Shown here one piece after another: positions 25,994-35,264 of a stretch of DNA of 52,977 bases. Positions within the stretch are counted from its first letter, which is position 1. Every line of letters begins with the position of its first letter. Position numbers and translations under genes: made by a program. Under the pieces are notes generated by a model that was not told the DNA's origin, did not search any database, and saw nothing but the letters and a program-made list of their open reading frames with translations. Origin of the DNA: a virus (lineage: Duplodnaviria > Caudoviricetes); the IMG/VR virus record IMGVR_UViG_3300020438_000057, positions 1-52,977 of that record; one strand, written 5' to 3'.

Positions 25994-27906
25994 TAGATTT
26001 CACAACCACCAGCAACACAGGCGAGTTCTTGGGCGCCTTCTGTCATGTCTGTAGTTTCGTATGCTGAAAGTTGTGTCCAATCTATGTTCTTAGGCATTTT
26101 ATCAAGTTCTCTCTGATACATAACAGAATCACAATCTTGATATGGTGCTTGCTTATATACATGCTCTGAGTATGGTAAAAATGATACACCTGACATCCAA
26201 TCAAAGTGCTTGTAAACCCATGCACCAACTTCGAACCATTCGTCTTCTTTGACTGAAATAGTTACAGATGGTTTATGCTCACACCAATGCTTTTGATACA
26301 CAAGCCATAATTCTAATTGCTCAATAGCTGACATGTCTTGTCGCATCACTGCATTTTCTGGTGCTTTCATTGGAAATGAAAATACATACGTGTGATCTGG
26401 TTTCATTACATCATCTTCGCATGGAAAACCAGCATCTTTCATATACAGTGCAAGAGGATCTTTCTTATCAGCACGAACTGTACGTATATAGTAGGGATTA
26501 TGTCGTGCATGTATTCCAGAGGCGGAATCTACTAGCTGAGACACAGTTCCAGATGGTTTTACACAAGTAATAGAAACTGATTGTTGTATACCAATCTTAT
26601 CGGCCCACTCTGCATTTGTTGCGATTGCTACTTTTCTAAGTTCATCAAGTCTCTTATCTAAACCAGGCTCTTTGCCATTTGTTAGTGTATTATCCATAAT
26701 ACCTGTAAGAGACACACCAAGAAGTCTTTCTTCTTGTGTATTCTTCGCCCAATCTCTTGTAAGATATTTAAAGTTGACAAGTGTTGATTGAAATGTACCA
26801 AGTATCGTAGCGAACTTTACTTTATCTTTCAATGTCTTCATATCATCAGTAGCACGTATTACTACTTCAGATAGATTACAAAATTGCTTGCTTCTGAGTA
26901 TTATTTCTGAGCAGGGATTTGTGCCGAAATCCCAGTCATTGTCTCGTCTACCGTTACGTCCAGCTTGTTCTTTGGCAGATTGACGATTAAAGATTCCTCT
27001 TTCACCTGACTTTGAGTCGTAGAGTGACTTCCACTCGTCCATGAAGATTCCGATTTCTGGCTTTTCTGTGTAACATGCTGAGTTGTTTGCAAGTGCCCTT
27101 TGTCCATGATCCTCCCACCATTGTCCTGATTTTGCTACTCTCATTCTGTCATCACTTAAATTACTGAGTGAAATAAGTGCAGAACGTCTTACGCCACCAA
27201 CAACTACAACCTCTGCTATCTTGCATACTAAATCATGACATTCTAGAGATGTGAGTTTTCTGCCTGTGGCATTCTTGAATATATTTATAGAAAACCGAAA
27301 TAGTTGATCTAGTGGTTCTGGGCCTGATGCTCTACCACCAAAAGTTTTAAGTGGAGCTCCAGCTGGCCTTACTTTACTTAAATCCCATGATGGAATCTGG
27401 CCAGAATATAAAAGATGTATTAATTCTTTCATCGACTTTGCCCAACCTAGTTTACTGTCAGGTACTACAATTGTTGTATCTGTTTCATGCAACTCGTCTG
27501 CCACGTTTGGTAATTTCATAACATCTTGTCTCTCTACTGAGAAACCTACACCAGTACCGTTCATTAAAATATAAAGTATTTCGTCAAACGCTCTAGGAGA
27601 ATCAACTGCGACATACGAACAGTTATAACCAGATACGTTTTCTCTCTTGAGTGCTTCACCAGCAGTCATGAGACATCTCATTGAAGGCATTACTTTTTGT
27701 GATAGTACAGCTTCTTCTAATCTCTTTCTTGATACATCATCAAGTTTAAAATTATTCTGCTCTTGTAAATGTTCTGTAAAGAAGTCAAAGTATCTACCAA
27801 CTGTTTCACTCCACGTTTCTCTTCTACCTTTTTCAGGCAACCATCTTGAGTATCTCGACAGATGGATAAATTCTTGATATTCTGTTGGTAAATGATTACT
27901 TCGCAT
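25993..27906 (-). CDS. nrdJ: class II (adenosylcobalamin-dependent) ribonucleotide reductase
   Basis: VMPSMR, YNCSY, GTGVGFS, GGVRRSALI, GTNPCSEI, TCVKPSGT, C-terminal ACVAGGCEI; no nrdB nearby. Confidence 0.92.
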   Translation of the reverse strand: MRSNHLPTEYQEFIHLSRYSRWLPEKGRRETWSETVGRYFDFFTEHLQEQNNFKLDDVSRKRLEEAVLSQKVMPSMRCLMTAGEALKRENVSGYNCSYVAVDSPRAFDEILYILMNGTGVGFSVERQDVMKLPNVADELHETDTTIVVPDSKLGWAKSMKELIHLLYSGQIPSWDLSKVRPAGAPLKTFGGRASGPEPLDQLFRFSINIFKNATGRKLTSLECHDLVCKIAEVVVVGGVRRSALISLSNLSDDRMRVAKSGQWWEDHGQRALANNSACYTEKPEIGIFMDEWKSLYDSKSGERGIFNRQSAKEQAGRNGRRDNDWDFGTNPCSEIILRSKQFCNLSEVVIRATDDMKTLKDKVKFATILGTFQSTLVNFKYLTRDWAKNTQEERLLGVSLTGIMDNTLTNGKEPGLDKRLDELRKVAIATNAEWADKIGIQQSVSITCVKPSGTVSQLVDSASGIHARHNPYYIRTVRADKKDPLALYMKDAGFPCEDDVMKPDHTYVFSFPMKAPENAVMRQDMSAIEQLELWLVYQKHWCEHKPSVTISVKEDEWFEVGAWVYKHFDWMSGVSFLPYSEHVYKQAPYQDCDSVMYQRELDKMPKNIDWTQLSAYETTDMTEGAQELACVAGGCEI

Positions 27907-28540
27907 GTCTTTCTCCTATTAAGCTTTTCCACGATAGTGGGAATTTTTCTTTTATATTATCACTTATAAATTCAGCAATAATTTGTGTTTCTATTTGTGC
28001 AGTTTTATGTAGTCTTAAATTACAAACTCTTGCAAAAGCATAGAGTGTTCCACTCCAAAACCATTCTGTCATCATATTCTGAGGTAACACCATACGAGCC
28101 ATCTCTGGTGCTACACCTTCATTAAGCAAATTATTATATGTTTGCTTGACATATTCCATAGTGCCAGCAATATCGTATTCTATTCTTTCTTCACCTGAGC
28201 CTTGTTTAATATTACCTTGAGGCCGTGTTCTCCAAAAATCTGGTATATAAAACTCAGGTTCGTTATCAACGTATCTTCTACTCACTTCATTCCATACAAG
28301 CCCTACTTGATGCTTAACTAATTGTCGAGCAACAAAGATAGGTGCTTTTATTCTAAATTGCAATGAAGCGTGTCCGAATGGACTCCAATGATTATGTTCA
28401 GCTAAAAACTTAATTAACTTTTCATCACTTTCGTCAATAGTAATATGTTCTTTATCAAAAGAAACTCTAGCGGCATTTACAACTGATAAGTCATCTCCCA
28501 TAGTGTCTTCTAGGGAAACTCGCATTTTTGTACCATTCAT
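27896..28540 (-). CDS. thyX: flavin-dependent thymidylate synthase
   Basis: VVNAARVSF, HWSPF, ARQLVKHQ, NEVSRRY, EMARMVLPQ. Confidence 0.95.
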   Translation of the reverse strand: MNGTKMRVSLEDTMGDDLSVVNAARVSFDKEHITIDESDEKLIKFLAEHNHWSPFGHASLQFRIKAPIFVARQLVKHQVGLVWNEVSRRYVDNEPEFYIPDFWRTRPQGNIKQGSGEERIEYDIAGTMEYVKQTYNNLLNEGVAPEMARMVLPQNMMTEWFWSGTLYAFARVCNLRLHKTAQIETQIIAEFISDNIKEKFPLSWKSLIGERHAK

Positions 28541-28755
28541 TCAATATATCCTAAACACCAGTTTTCGGCCGCATCTTCTGCAAACCTTTCGTTATGAATA
28601 ACTGGTTCAGATATCATAGGTACAGATTTTACCAGTTTATTATCTTCAAACATTCTCACAAGATACATTTTAAATTCTTTATTGTATACAACGTGAGCAT
28701 GACGTTTCTGATCGTCACTCCAAAACTTATGTACTTCATCTTCAACATCTATCAT
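28537..28755 (-). CDS. conserved hypothetical protein
   Basis: AEDAAENWCLG C-terminus; follows primase. Confidence 0.7.
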   Translation of the reverse strand: MIDVEDEVHKFWSDDQKRHAHVVYNKEFKMYLVRMFEDNKLVKSVPMISEPVIHNERFAEDAAENWCLGYIE

Positions 28756-29759
28756 ATTTTACTCCATTCAACTAATTTCATTTTAGCATTTAAATCTTGA
28801 AACGTGTTAACATTTATAATATTCAAGATTTCCACTTTTGTCATTCCAGATAGTATCATATCATTAATATCTTTATATTGTAAAAAGTTTGGCCAGACAC
28901 ATACTGAAAACCCTTCATCAATATTTCTAGATAACTTCTTATATATCATACTAGATTTAGGTTCATTATCATATACAATAACAATATCTTGTTTTTTCTT
29001 ACTGTTTATATATGCACCTCCATCAGCACCAATCATAGCTATACTATTATCGATAAACATCGAGTCTATAGGGCCTTCTAGTGCATATACTCTTTTAGTC
29101 CAGTCAACCTCATCTAATCCAAATATTTTAGGTTTATCTTCTTCTATCATTATTGTAATGTATCGTATAGAGTTTTTACTAAAAGAACGGCCTTGAAGCC
29201 CAATAAGATTTTCATATTCATCAAAGAATGGTATCACTAATCTAGGTTCATCTTTATCTTCTGATAGCTTTCTAGGTATAATACTATTGACAAACTTTGC
29301 AAAGTATGGTGCATAATATAATTTACGATGATATTCATTAGGTATCTTTCGCTTCTGTACATATTCTTTTGCAGGGTGATTATATTTTAGCTGAGATATC
29401 TTTTTTAAAGCTTTAAGTGGTGTTTTAAAATGATATTCTCTTTTTGAAAATGTTATCTCTTTAGGCTCTTCTTTAATAACTCTATCTTTATTTACAAAAG
29501 CTTCCATACGATATTCTTTAAATAAAGACACATCAACATGTTTGATAAGATTGCCAATACTAGATGTTATACCACAATTGTGACACTTGAAAGAGTACTT
29601 ATTCTCTCTTGCATATACATAACCTCTAGCTTTCATTCTGTTAGTTTGACTATCACCACAGAACGGACAACGAAAGTTGAATAAGTTATTTGTTTTTCTT
29701 TTGAAAAGGGAAAGTCTACCAGATAGTATATTGATATACTTCAAATCTACATAAGTCAT
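28752..29759 (-). CDS. 61: DNA primase gp61
   Basis: FRCPFCGDS...CHNCG zinc finger, RLVIPF, EGPIDSMF (TOPRIM), KDINDM. Confidence 0.95.
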   Translation of the reverse strand: MTYVDLKYINILSGRLSLFKRKTNNLFNFRCPFCGDSQTNRMKARGYVYARENKYSFKCHNCGITSSIGNLIKHVDVSLFKEYRMEAFVNKDRVIKEEPKEITFSKREYHFKTPLKALKKISQLKYNHPAKEYVQKRKIPNEYHRKLYYAPYFAKFVNSIIPRKLSEDKDEPRLVIPFFDEYENLIGLQGRSFSKNSIRYITIMIEEDKPKIFGLDEVDWTKRVYALEGPIDSMFIDNSIAMIGADGGAYINSKKKQDIVIVYDNEPKSSMIYKKLSRNIDEGFSVCVWPNFLQYKDINDMILSGMTKVEILNIINVNTFQDLNAKMKLVEWSKI

Positions 29760-29795
29760 ACAGACTATAGTATACTAACTGAGTATCTTTGTCAA
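29760..29795 (-). promoter_or_regulatory. sigma70-type promoter, probably leaderless primase mRNA
   Basis: TTGACA-N17-TACTAT-N7-ATG, no SD. Confidence 0.55.
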
Positions 29796-30047
29796 GTTCA
29801 TTCCTAAAGAAATTAAGAATCCTAATACAATAGCACCTCCGATGATGCTCCACTTCCATTTCTCTAGAGATGTAACTCTTTGTTCCATCTTATGATTAAC
29901 TTCTTGCTGTTCTTGACGCATTGATTTCATCTCTGACATCAATTCATCTTTCATATCTGATATACGTTTATGCAATAGATCGGACTCCATCTTGTTTTCC
30001 TTACGGAGATCGTTAATGTATTCGAACAAGTCTACTTTATCAGACAT
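29775..30047 (-). CDS. coiled-coil protein with C-terminal TM helix
   Basis: RVTSLEKWKWSIIGGAIVLG. Confidence 0.7.
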   Translation of the reverse strand: MSDKVDLFEYINDLRKENKMESDLLHKRISDMKDELMSEMKSMRQEQQEVNHKMEQRVTSLEKWKWSIIGGAIVLGFLISLGMNLTKILS

Positions 30048-30061
30048 CGTTAATTACTCTT

Positions 30062-30346
30062 CTATTTAGTTTTCTTTTCTAGCTTTGATATACGCTTCTC
30101 TATCTCACTGATTTTGCGGCGTATCATAGGATACTTATACTTCCATGCATCTTCAGGTTGCTCTAAAAACGTAAGTCCCCATCTTTTCACTAAAAAATCT
30201 ATAATTAAATCTACTTTTGCGTAAAACCACAAGCCTATGCGTGTAGTACTCATGTATGCTATGAATATTGCACCAAGGCCGGAACCAGCAAGTGCGGTAT
30301 AAATCCATAGTCTGTCGCTAAACATTCTTTCTATCATTTCCCACAT
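30062..30346 (-). CDS. hypothetical membrane protein
   Basis: TM helix then basic coiled coil. Confidence 0.7.
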   Translation of the reverse strand: MWEMIERMFSDRLWIYTALAGSGLGAIFIAYMSTTRIGLWFYAKVDLIIDFLVKRWGLTFLEQPEDAWKYKYPMIRRKISEIEKRISKLEKKTK

Positions 30347-31163
30347 TTGCTCTTTTCCTTATCTTTTCTCTTGATTCAAACCATAGTGCCTGTAGTTTGT
30401 CAGCATAACCACCTGCTATGTCATGATCGTATATACCATCAAACATTTGAAACTTAGTTAGTGCTTTCCATCTACCTCTGAATGAGTCTTTTAATTTTTG
30501 CCAAAATGATAGTCTTCTAATTCTACCATAATAGTTTATGTATCTTACTATACCATGATGTCTGTAACCCATCAACCACAACGGGACTGCTGTTACGATA
30601 TCGTTATTGTTTACAAATCTATAGTGTTCTACATCACAACCATCTCTCCAATCTTTACCACCAACTCTAGGTGATCCGTATGTGTACAGTGTGGGTTCTA
30701 ACTCTTCTAATCTACTTGCACATAGAGTTGCCATTGCACCACCTAAACTGTGTCCACATATCCATATTCTTTGCTTCTTGTTTTTAAGTATTGCTGATAT
30801 ATCACTCCATAGTTTTCTGAGTTCTATCTTGAAACCCATATGCACTCTGCCTTCTGTCTTTGACTTTCTCTTGATAGCAAGTAAGTCTGCTTTGACATCT
30901 GAGAACTCTGTAGGCTCTGTACCTCTAAATGCTATGACTAAGTGTTCATCGTTATTAAATATATGACACTGGGCACCATCATTCTCTAAGAACTTGTAAG
31001 TAGTAAAACCTATCTTCTTTAGTTCTTTCTTTGCTTTTGTACCATCGTGATATGAGAGTGCAGAAACTTCTGCAAAGAAATAAGCACACCATGACGGGTT
31101 ATCCCAGTCTAATAGTAAGGGTGCATCTATAAAAGACGCTGGATTACTGAAGTACTTCCTCAT
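30318..31163 (-). CDS. class 3 lipase (alpha/beta hydrolase)
   Basis: IAFRGTE, VHMGF, GHSLGGA nucleophile elbow, YTYGSPRVG, RFVNNNDIV, DH. Confidence 0.92.
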   Translation of the reverse strand: MRKYFSNPASFIDAPLLLDWDNPSWCAYFFAEVSALSYHDGTKAKKELKKIGFTTYKFLENDGAQCHIFNNDEHLVIAFRGTEPTEFSDVKADLLAIKRKSKTEGRVHMGFKIELRKLWSDISAILKNKKQRIWICGHSLGGAMATLCASRLEELEPTLYTYGSPRVGGKDWRDGCDVEHYRFVNNNDIVTAVPLWLMGYRHHGIVRYINYYGRIRRLSFWQKLKDSFRGRWKALTKFQMFDGIYDHDIAGGYADKLQALWFESREKIRKRANVGNDRKNV

Positions 31164-31533
31164 CTATCTTATCCTCTTCATGGGTTACTGCTTCTTCATA
31201 GTATACAATTATCTCATTCTGTTTTAGTAGGTATTCTCTTATCTTTGCCATGTTAAGTGCTAACTTCTCATAGTCACGTACAGATATAACATAGAATACT
31301 AAATCACCATTTTGACTTTCATAGTCTAATAGAAATTGATCAACATTGTCTTTATTAACAATGAACCATTTTACGTCTGTTAATTTTAGTGATTTGGGTT
31401 TCTCAGCAACTGTTATTTGCGGACGAACAATCTCTGTAACAGTGACAACTTCTTTTTCTGGTGTATTGAATACTGAGCAATTACTTAGCAGTAATAGACT
31501 CAAAATCAGTAAATAGCTTTTTAGTTTCATCAT
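31144..31533 (-). CDS. outer-membrane spanin-like lipoprotein
   Basis: Lipobox LLSNC; YEKLALNMAKIREY..QQ-like; overlaps i-spanin-like gene. Confidence 0.7.
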   Translation of the reverse strand: MMKLKSYLLILSLLLLSNCSVFNTPEKEVVTVTEIVRPQITVAEKPKSLKLTDVKWFIVNKDNVDQFLLDYESQNGDLVFYVISVRDYEKLALNMAKIREYLLKQNEIIVYYEEAVTHEEDKIDEEVLQ

Positions 31534-31846
31534 TTATTATCTTTTCCATATCTTTCGGACGTTGTAGACTTAACTTAGTTAAATCATGTTTCTGTAACTT
31601 AGCTATCAAATCATCTTTATAGCCTTCTGCATCTTGTAATCTACTATTTAGATTTTGTATCTGAACTGCTTGTTTCTGAGCGTCCTCTATCAAAGTTGCT
31701 TTTACTTTTTCTAGAGAACGCACAGATGTTTCAAGTCTTGCATTATTTTCTTGTAATATTTTTAATCGTGACTGTGTATCTTGATAATAGGCATAAGCAC
31801 CCCAACCGACTAACACAAACAAACCTATTATCGCTAGATACCTCAT
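31481..31846 (-). CDS. inner-membrane spanin-like protein
   Basis: N-terminal TM plus long coiled coil; overlaps lipoprotein gene. Confidence 0.7.
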   Translation of the reverse strand: MRYLAIIGLFVLVGWGAYAYYQDTQSRLKILQENNARLETSVRSLEKVKATLIEDAQKQAVQIQNLNSRLQDAEGYKDDLIAKLQKHDLTKLSLQRPKDMEKIINDETKKLFTDFESITAK

Positions 31847-31850
31847 TTAC

Positions 31851-32033
31851 TTAATCATATGCTTGATCTTTGATTATCGTATATATTCCCCATAGTATTC
31901 CCGCTACGGCGGCGTATGTAACGATTGATTGTACTAGAAGTGCTATCAGACAAACTCCTATGAGAATTAATCCGTCCCAAGAAGTCCTTTGCATTACTCT
32001 GTCTTTGCACCAGTGATACATTCTCCTTATCAT
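31851..32033 (-). CDS. small two-TM membrane protein (holin candidate)
   Basis: AAGGAGGT RBS; RTSWDGLILIG..., two TM helices, directly upstream of spanins. Confidence 0.6.
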   Translation of the reverse strand: MIRRMYHWCKDRVMQRTSWDGLILIGVCLIALLVQSIVTYAAVAGILWGIYTIIKDQAYD

Positions 32034-33006
32034 GTATGATTACCTCCTTTAATCGTTTCTTCTTTGTCGCTTCTTTTGTTTTATTAGTAGCTTCACTTAA
32101 ACCTCTATTTAATAGAGCATACATCTTGTCAGCTAGTAAAATGCCGGCATCATAATCCATCATGTAATGAAAGCCAGCTTTCACTCTACCTAACGCACCT
32201 TCATCAGCCGCTTTCAAAATACCCTCTCTGTGTTGTGGATATTTTTCGCTTAAATATCTTCCAATGAATCTAGATTGACATGCATGGCCACTAGGATATG
32301 CTCTTGTTTTATTAGTTTTACTAGGTAAAGTTATAATAGAACTATCAACCTCATGTGGCCTAGAAACATTATAATGTTTCTTATAATACGTTATAGTTTC
32401 GTCTATATCTTTTAGAATTTGTTTTACTTCTTCTGCAGGATATATTAAATCGTTTTCTCTACAGTATTGCTTTATTGCAAAGCCGGGATCACTATCATGA
32501 TTCTTAACTGATAGTTCATCTTCTTTTGTTCTTCTAGAGATTATTGATTTGAGTCTTTTCAGTTCATATGTCAAATCTTTATTTGGTGGTGGCAGAGTAA
32601 CTCTGTCATACAGTTTCTTAGGTACATACCTTTCAACTGTAAGTTTTTTATTCGGTGTCTTGAAGTCTTTCTTTCTCATGATAGTCTTTGCTATCAATTC
32701 TAACATACCATTTCTATCTAACTTTAAAACGAATGGCATATTCAGATTAGTTTGCATATCATTAATAACTGCTTGAGCATCTGGCCCAAGTCTAGCTATA
32801 GTTTTTCCATGCTTCTGATATGTTTTATTAAATAATCTTACAAGCTCTGCTGGTGATATTTGTTTTCTGTTTCTTTCATCATTTACTCTATCTATAAAGT
32901 GTCGAGTAAATTCAACATCTATACCAACTTTAGCAAATATTCTGTCAGCATACTTTTCAATTTGCTTTAAATCAGAACTTGTAACAAATCTCTCTAAGAG
33001 ATACAT
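31855..33006 (-). CDS. fusion protein: conserved T4-like N-domain plus PAP2/vanadium-haloperoxidase-like phosphatase domain
   Basis: N: VEFTRHFIDRVNDERN...AKTIMRK; C: KKHYNVSRP, AYPSGHA, GRVKAGFHY (PAP2 motifs). Confidence 0.75.
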   Translation of the reverse strand: MYLLERFVTSSDLKQIEKYADRIFAKVGIDVEFTRHFIDRVNDERNRKQISPAELVRLFNKTYQKHGKTIARLGPDAQAVINDMQTNLNMPFVLKLDRNGMLELIAKTIMRKKDFKTPNKKLTVERYVPKKLYDRVTLPPPNKDLTYELKRLKSIISRRTKEDELSVKNHDSDPGFAIKQYCRENDLIYPAEEVKQILKDIDETITYYKKHYNVSRPHEVDSSIITLPSKTNKTRAYPSGHACQSRFIGRYLSEKYPQHREGILKAADEGALGRVKAGFHYMMDYDAGILLADKMYALLNRGLSEATNKTKEATKKKRLKEVIIHDKENVSLVQRQSNAKDFLGRINSHRSLSDSTSSTINRYIRRRSGNTMGNIYDNQRSSI

Positions 33007-33572
33007 TAGATTATTCCCATAACCTTACGCATTTCATCTCGTTTTTTTGTTTCTAATCTTTTAGCTCTTCTTTCAAGATATGCTTTGAGAAACTTTTTAA
33101 TTTCTTTTTTACGAGCGTCATGCTTTACTACAACAGTATCACTATCATCTCCAGTGCCAGCAACTGCGGGCCCAGAAGAGTTTGCTGGTGCATCTTCTTT
33201 TCTAAAGTTTTTAAAAGTTTTAATATCATTCTCTTCTAGATATTTCATATTTTTCTCCAACTCTTCTAATATTTCTCTTTCAGTATAATGTTCTTTAGGA
33301 TTCTTATGCTCTCTAATTAAGAATAGAGCGGCTCCATATGAAGCAATTTTACTTCTGCCGCCTGGTAGTCTTTCTATAATCTTTTTAAGATTAAACACTA
33401 ATCTTTCAAACGTACTAAAAGAATCTAATTCTTCTTTTGTTTTTGGATCTTTCAACTTTGCACCACGCTCATCAATAATACCTAACTCATATGCTCTAGT
33501 TTTATTAAATGGTGTTACTAATCTTTTCAAAAAAGAATAGGTAAATATTATATCTGATATTTTACTGGCCAT
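33006..33572 (-). CDS. conserved T4-like hypothetical/virion protein
   Basis: FLKRLVTPF..T.AY.LGIIDE.G, RLVFNLKKII, SYGAALFLIRE. Confidence 0.75.
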   Translation of the reverse strand: MASKISDIIFTYSFLKRLVTPFNKTRAYELGIIDERGAKLKDPKTKEELDSFSTFERLVFNLKKIIERLPGGRSKIASYGAALFLIREHKNPKEHYTEREILEELEKNMKYLEENDIKTFKNFRKEDAPANSSGPAVAGTGDDSDTVVVKHDARKKEIKKFLKAYLERRAKRLETKKRDEMRKVMGII

Positions 33573-33957
33573 CTATAATTCTCAACTTATTTACTATTTC
33601 TTGATCCAATGATATTTCACTATCTATTATCTGTTTACCATTTATTAAACCAATATCAGTTCTCCAATAATTCAGAAATAATAAAAATGGTTTCAAATAC
33701 TTCAATTGATTATGTAATTTAAAAGCTAATATACGTGTCATAGCTCTACCATCAAAGACATTATATAATACTAAGAGGTGATTTAAAACTAATCGTTCTT
33801 TTAACTCACCATTTTGTTCATACTTTTTAAATAATCTTTTCAAATATCTTATTCGTTTTAAATCATCATGAAACTCTAACAAGTCTGTGCAGTGGGGATT
33901 TTCATAATATTTGGCGGCGAATAACATAAAGTTCTCTTCAGTCAAATTTTCATACAC
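33562..33957 (-). CDS. conserved T4-like hypothetical protein
   Basis: NFMLFAAKYYENP.C, DLKRIRYLKRL, ERLVLNHL. Confidence 0.8.
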   Translation of the reverse strand: MYENLTEENFMLFAAKYYENPHCTDLLEFHDDLKRIRYLKRLFKKYEQNGELKERLVLNHLLVLYNVFDGRAMTRILAFKLHNQLKYLKPFLLFLNYWRTDIGLINGKQIIDSEISLDQEIVNKLRIIDGQ

Positions 33958-33973
33958 TATTTTTACTCAATAA

Positions 33974-34624
33974 TTAAAATGTTGATAATGCAACCCTTTT
34001 CAAAGTCGTACTATTTATCGCTATATACAAGAAGTTATCATCATAGAATATAGTACCAACAGCAATGCTATCAGTAGCTGGATTACTATTAGTAGGTGTT
34101 CCTGCTTTCGTCAGTTTCAACCCTTTCGAATCTTGGAGACTTATTAGATCTACTTGAGTTGTACCTGTATGTGTACCATTAGATAACAAAGCAAACTTTG
34201 CATCAGCCGCCGTAGTAGCAATCTTAGTATCAATTAATGCTCTACCAGCAGTATTCGCTAGAGGTGTCTCTTGTAACATAGCAACATTAATTGTACCAGC
34301 AGTTATGGTATTGTTAGCATGTATCTTACCATTGTTACCAATAATTGTAGCTCCAGCATCAGTTTGTACTTTTTCATGCACTGTGAGTCTACCTGATATA
34401 CTAGTATTGGCACTGATAGTTGCTGTAGCACTTGTTATTGATGTATTAGAACGAAAAGTTGCGATATTAGTAACTGTCACAGGACTGGCTACGTTTGCAA
34501 ATACACTTCCAAACGTAGCACTTCTACTCGTGGGAGTACCAGCCGCATCTTTCACAACAAGCAACAAATCACCAGTTGCATGATTAGTGGCCGCTGTAAG
34601 TTCTGTTATCTTCTTATCAGCCAT
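33974..34624 (-). CDS. virion structural/fibre-like protein
   Basis: MADKKITELTAA N-terminus, T/A-rich, YDDNFLYI...LKRVALSTF C-terminus. Confidence 0.7.
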   Translation of the reverse strand: MADKKITELTAATNHATGDLLLVVKDAAGTPTSRSATFGSVFANVASPVTVTNIATFRSNTSITSATATISANTSISGRLTVHEKVQTDAGATIIGNNGKIHANNTITAGTINVAMLQETPLANTAGRALIDTKIATTAADAKFALLSNGTHTGTTQVDLISLQDSKGLKLTKAGTPTNSNPATDSIAVGTIFYDDNFLYIAINSTTLKRVALSTF

Positions 34625-34645
34625 AATATTTCCTTATATTATAAG

Positions 34646-35263
34646 TTATGCAAGTACTGTATGTGTTATCGCTGTTAGTCCAGAAAGCAGTAGTGATGAG
34701 TTTGTAGCACCATCAGCAGTATCTTTAATTGTACCACTGTTCAATGCTATGTTTGTACCACCAACAGTTAGAACATCATTTACAGATAAGCTTTTGCTTG
34801 TTGCTTTAAATACCAATCTGTTAGCACTTGATAACGCTGAGTCGTATGATAATGTATAATCACCTTGTCCAGCACTTGACTGGTTACCATTATCTACTAC
34901 GAGTTGTGGTGTACCAGTAACTGTTACAGCTTCGTCATATGTAATTCTAACTTTCATTTCAGCACCACCATTGTTTGCAGTAAAGTCTGTAGCGGCAGTT
35001 GTACCTATGATATATTCCATTTTAGTAACTGTTGCACTTCGTAGCCCAGTTGTACCACTTGTTCCAGCTAAGTTTCTGATTGCCACTAATACTTCTGGAT
35101 TTGCATCTGTGTTTCCGTTACCTGTTGCTTTTGAGCCTGCTCTCATTACCCAACCGTTTTTGCTGGCAAATGAATCTGCTCTTGTGTAATCTGAATTTTC
35201 GTCTTCAGGCAAGAACTTTGGCTTGTTCGTTGCACTTGCATGATCTGTTCCCCATGAACCCAT
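34646..35263 (-). CDS. virion structural protein with Ig-like C-domain
   Basis: MGSWG...KPKFL, GWV, EVLVAI, YDEAVTVTGTPQL. Confidence 0.7.
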   Translation of the reverse strand: MGSWGTDHASATNKPKFLPEDENSDYTRADSFASKNGWVMRAGSKATGNGNTDANPEVLVAIRNLAGTSGTTGLRSATVTKMEYIIGTTAATDFTANNGGAEMKVRITYDEAVTVTGTPQLVVDNGNQSSAGQGDYTLSYDSALSSANRLVFKATSKSLSVNDVLTVGGTNIALNSGTIKDTADGATNSSLLLSGLTAITHTVLA

Positions 35264-35264
35264 T

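Noticed and set aside
1659-27932. Same-strand alternative-frame ORFs 1659..1871, 21743..21943 and 27717..27932
   Set aside because: Nested in real genes with no RBS, motif or local codon anomaly to support them
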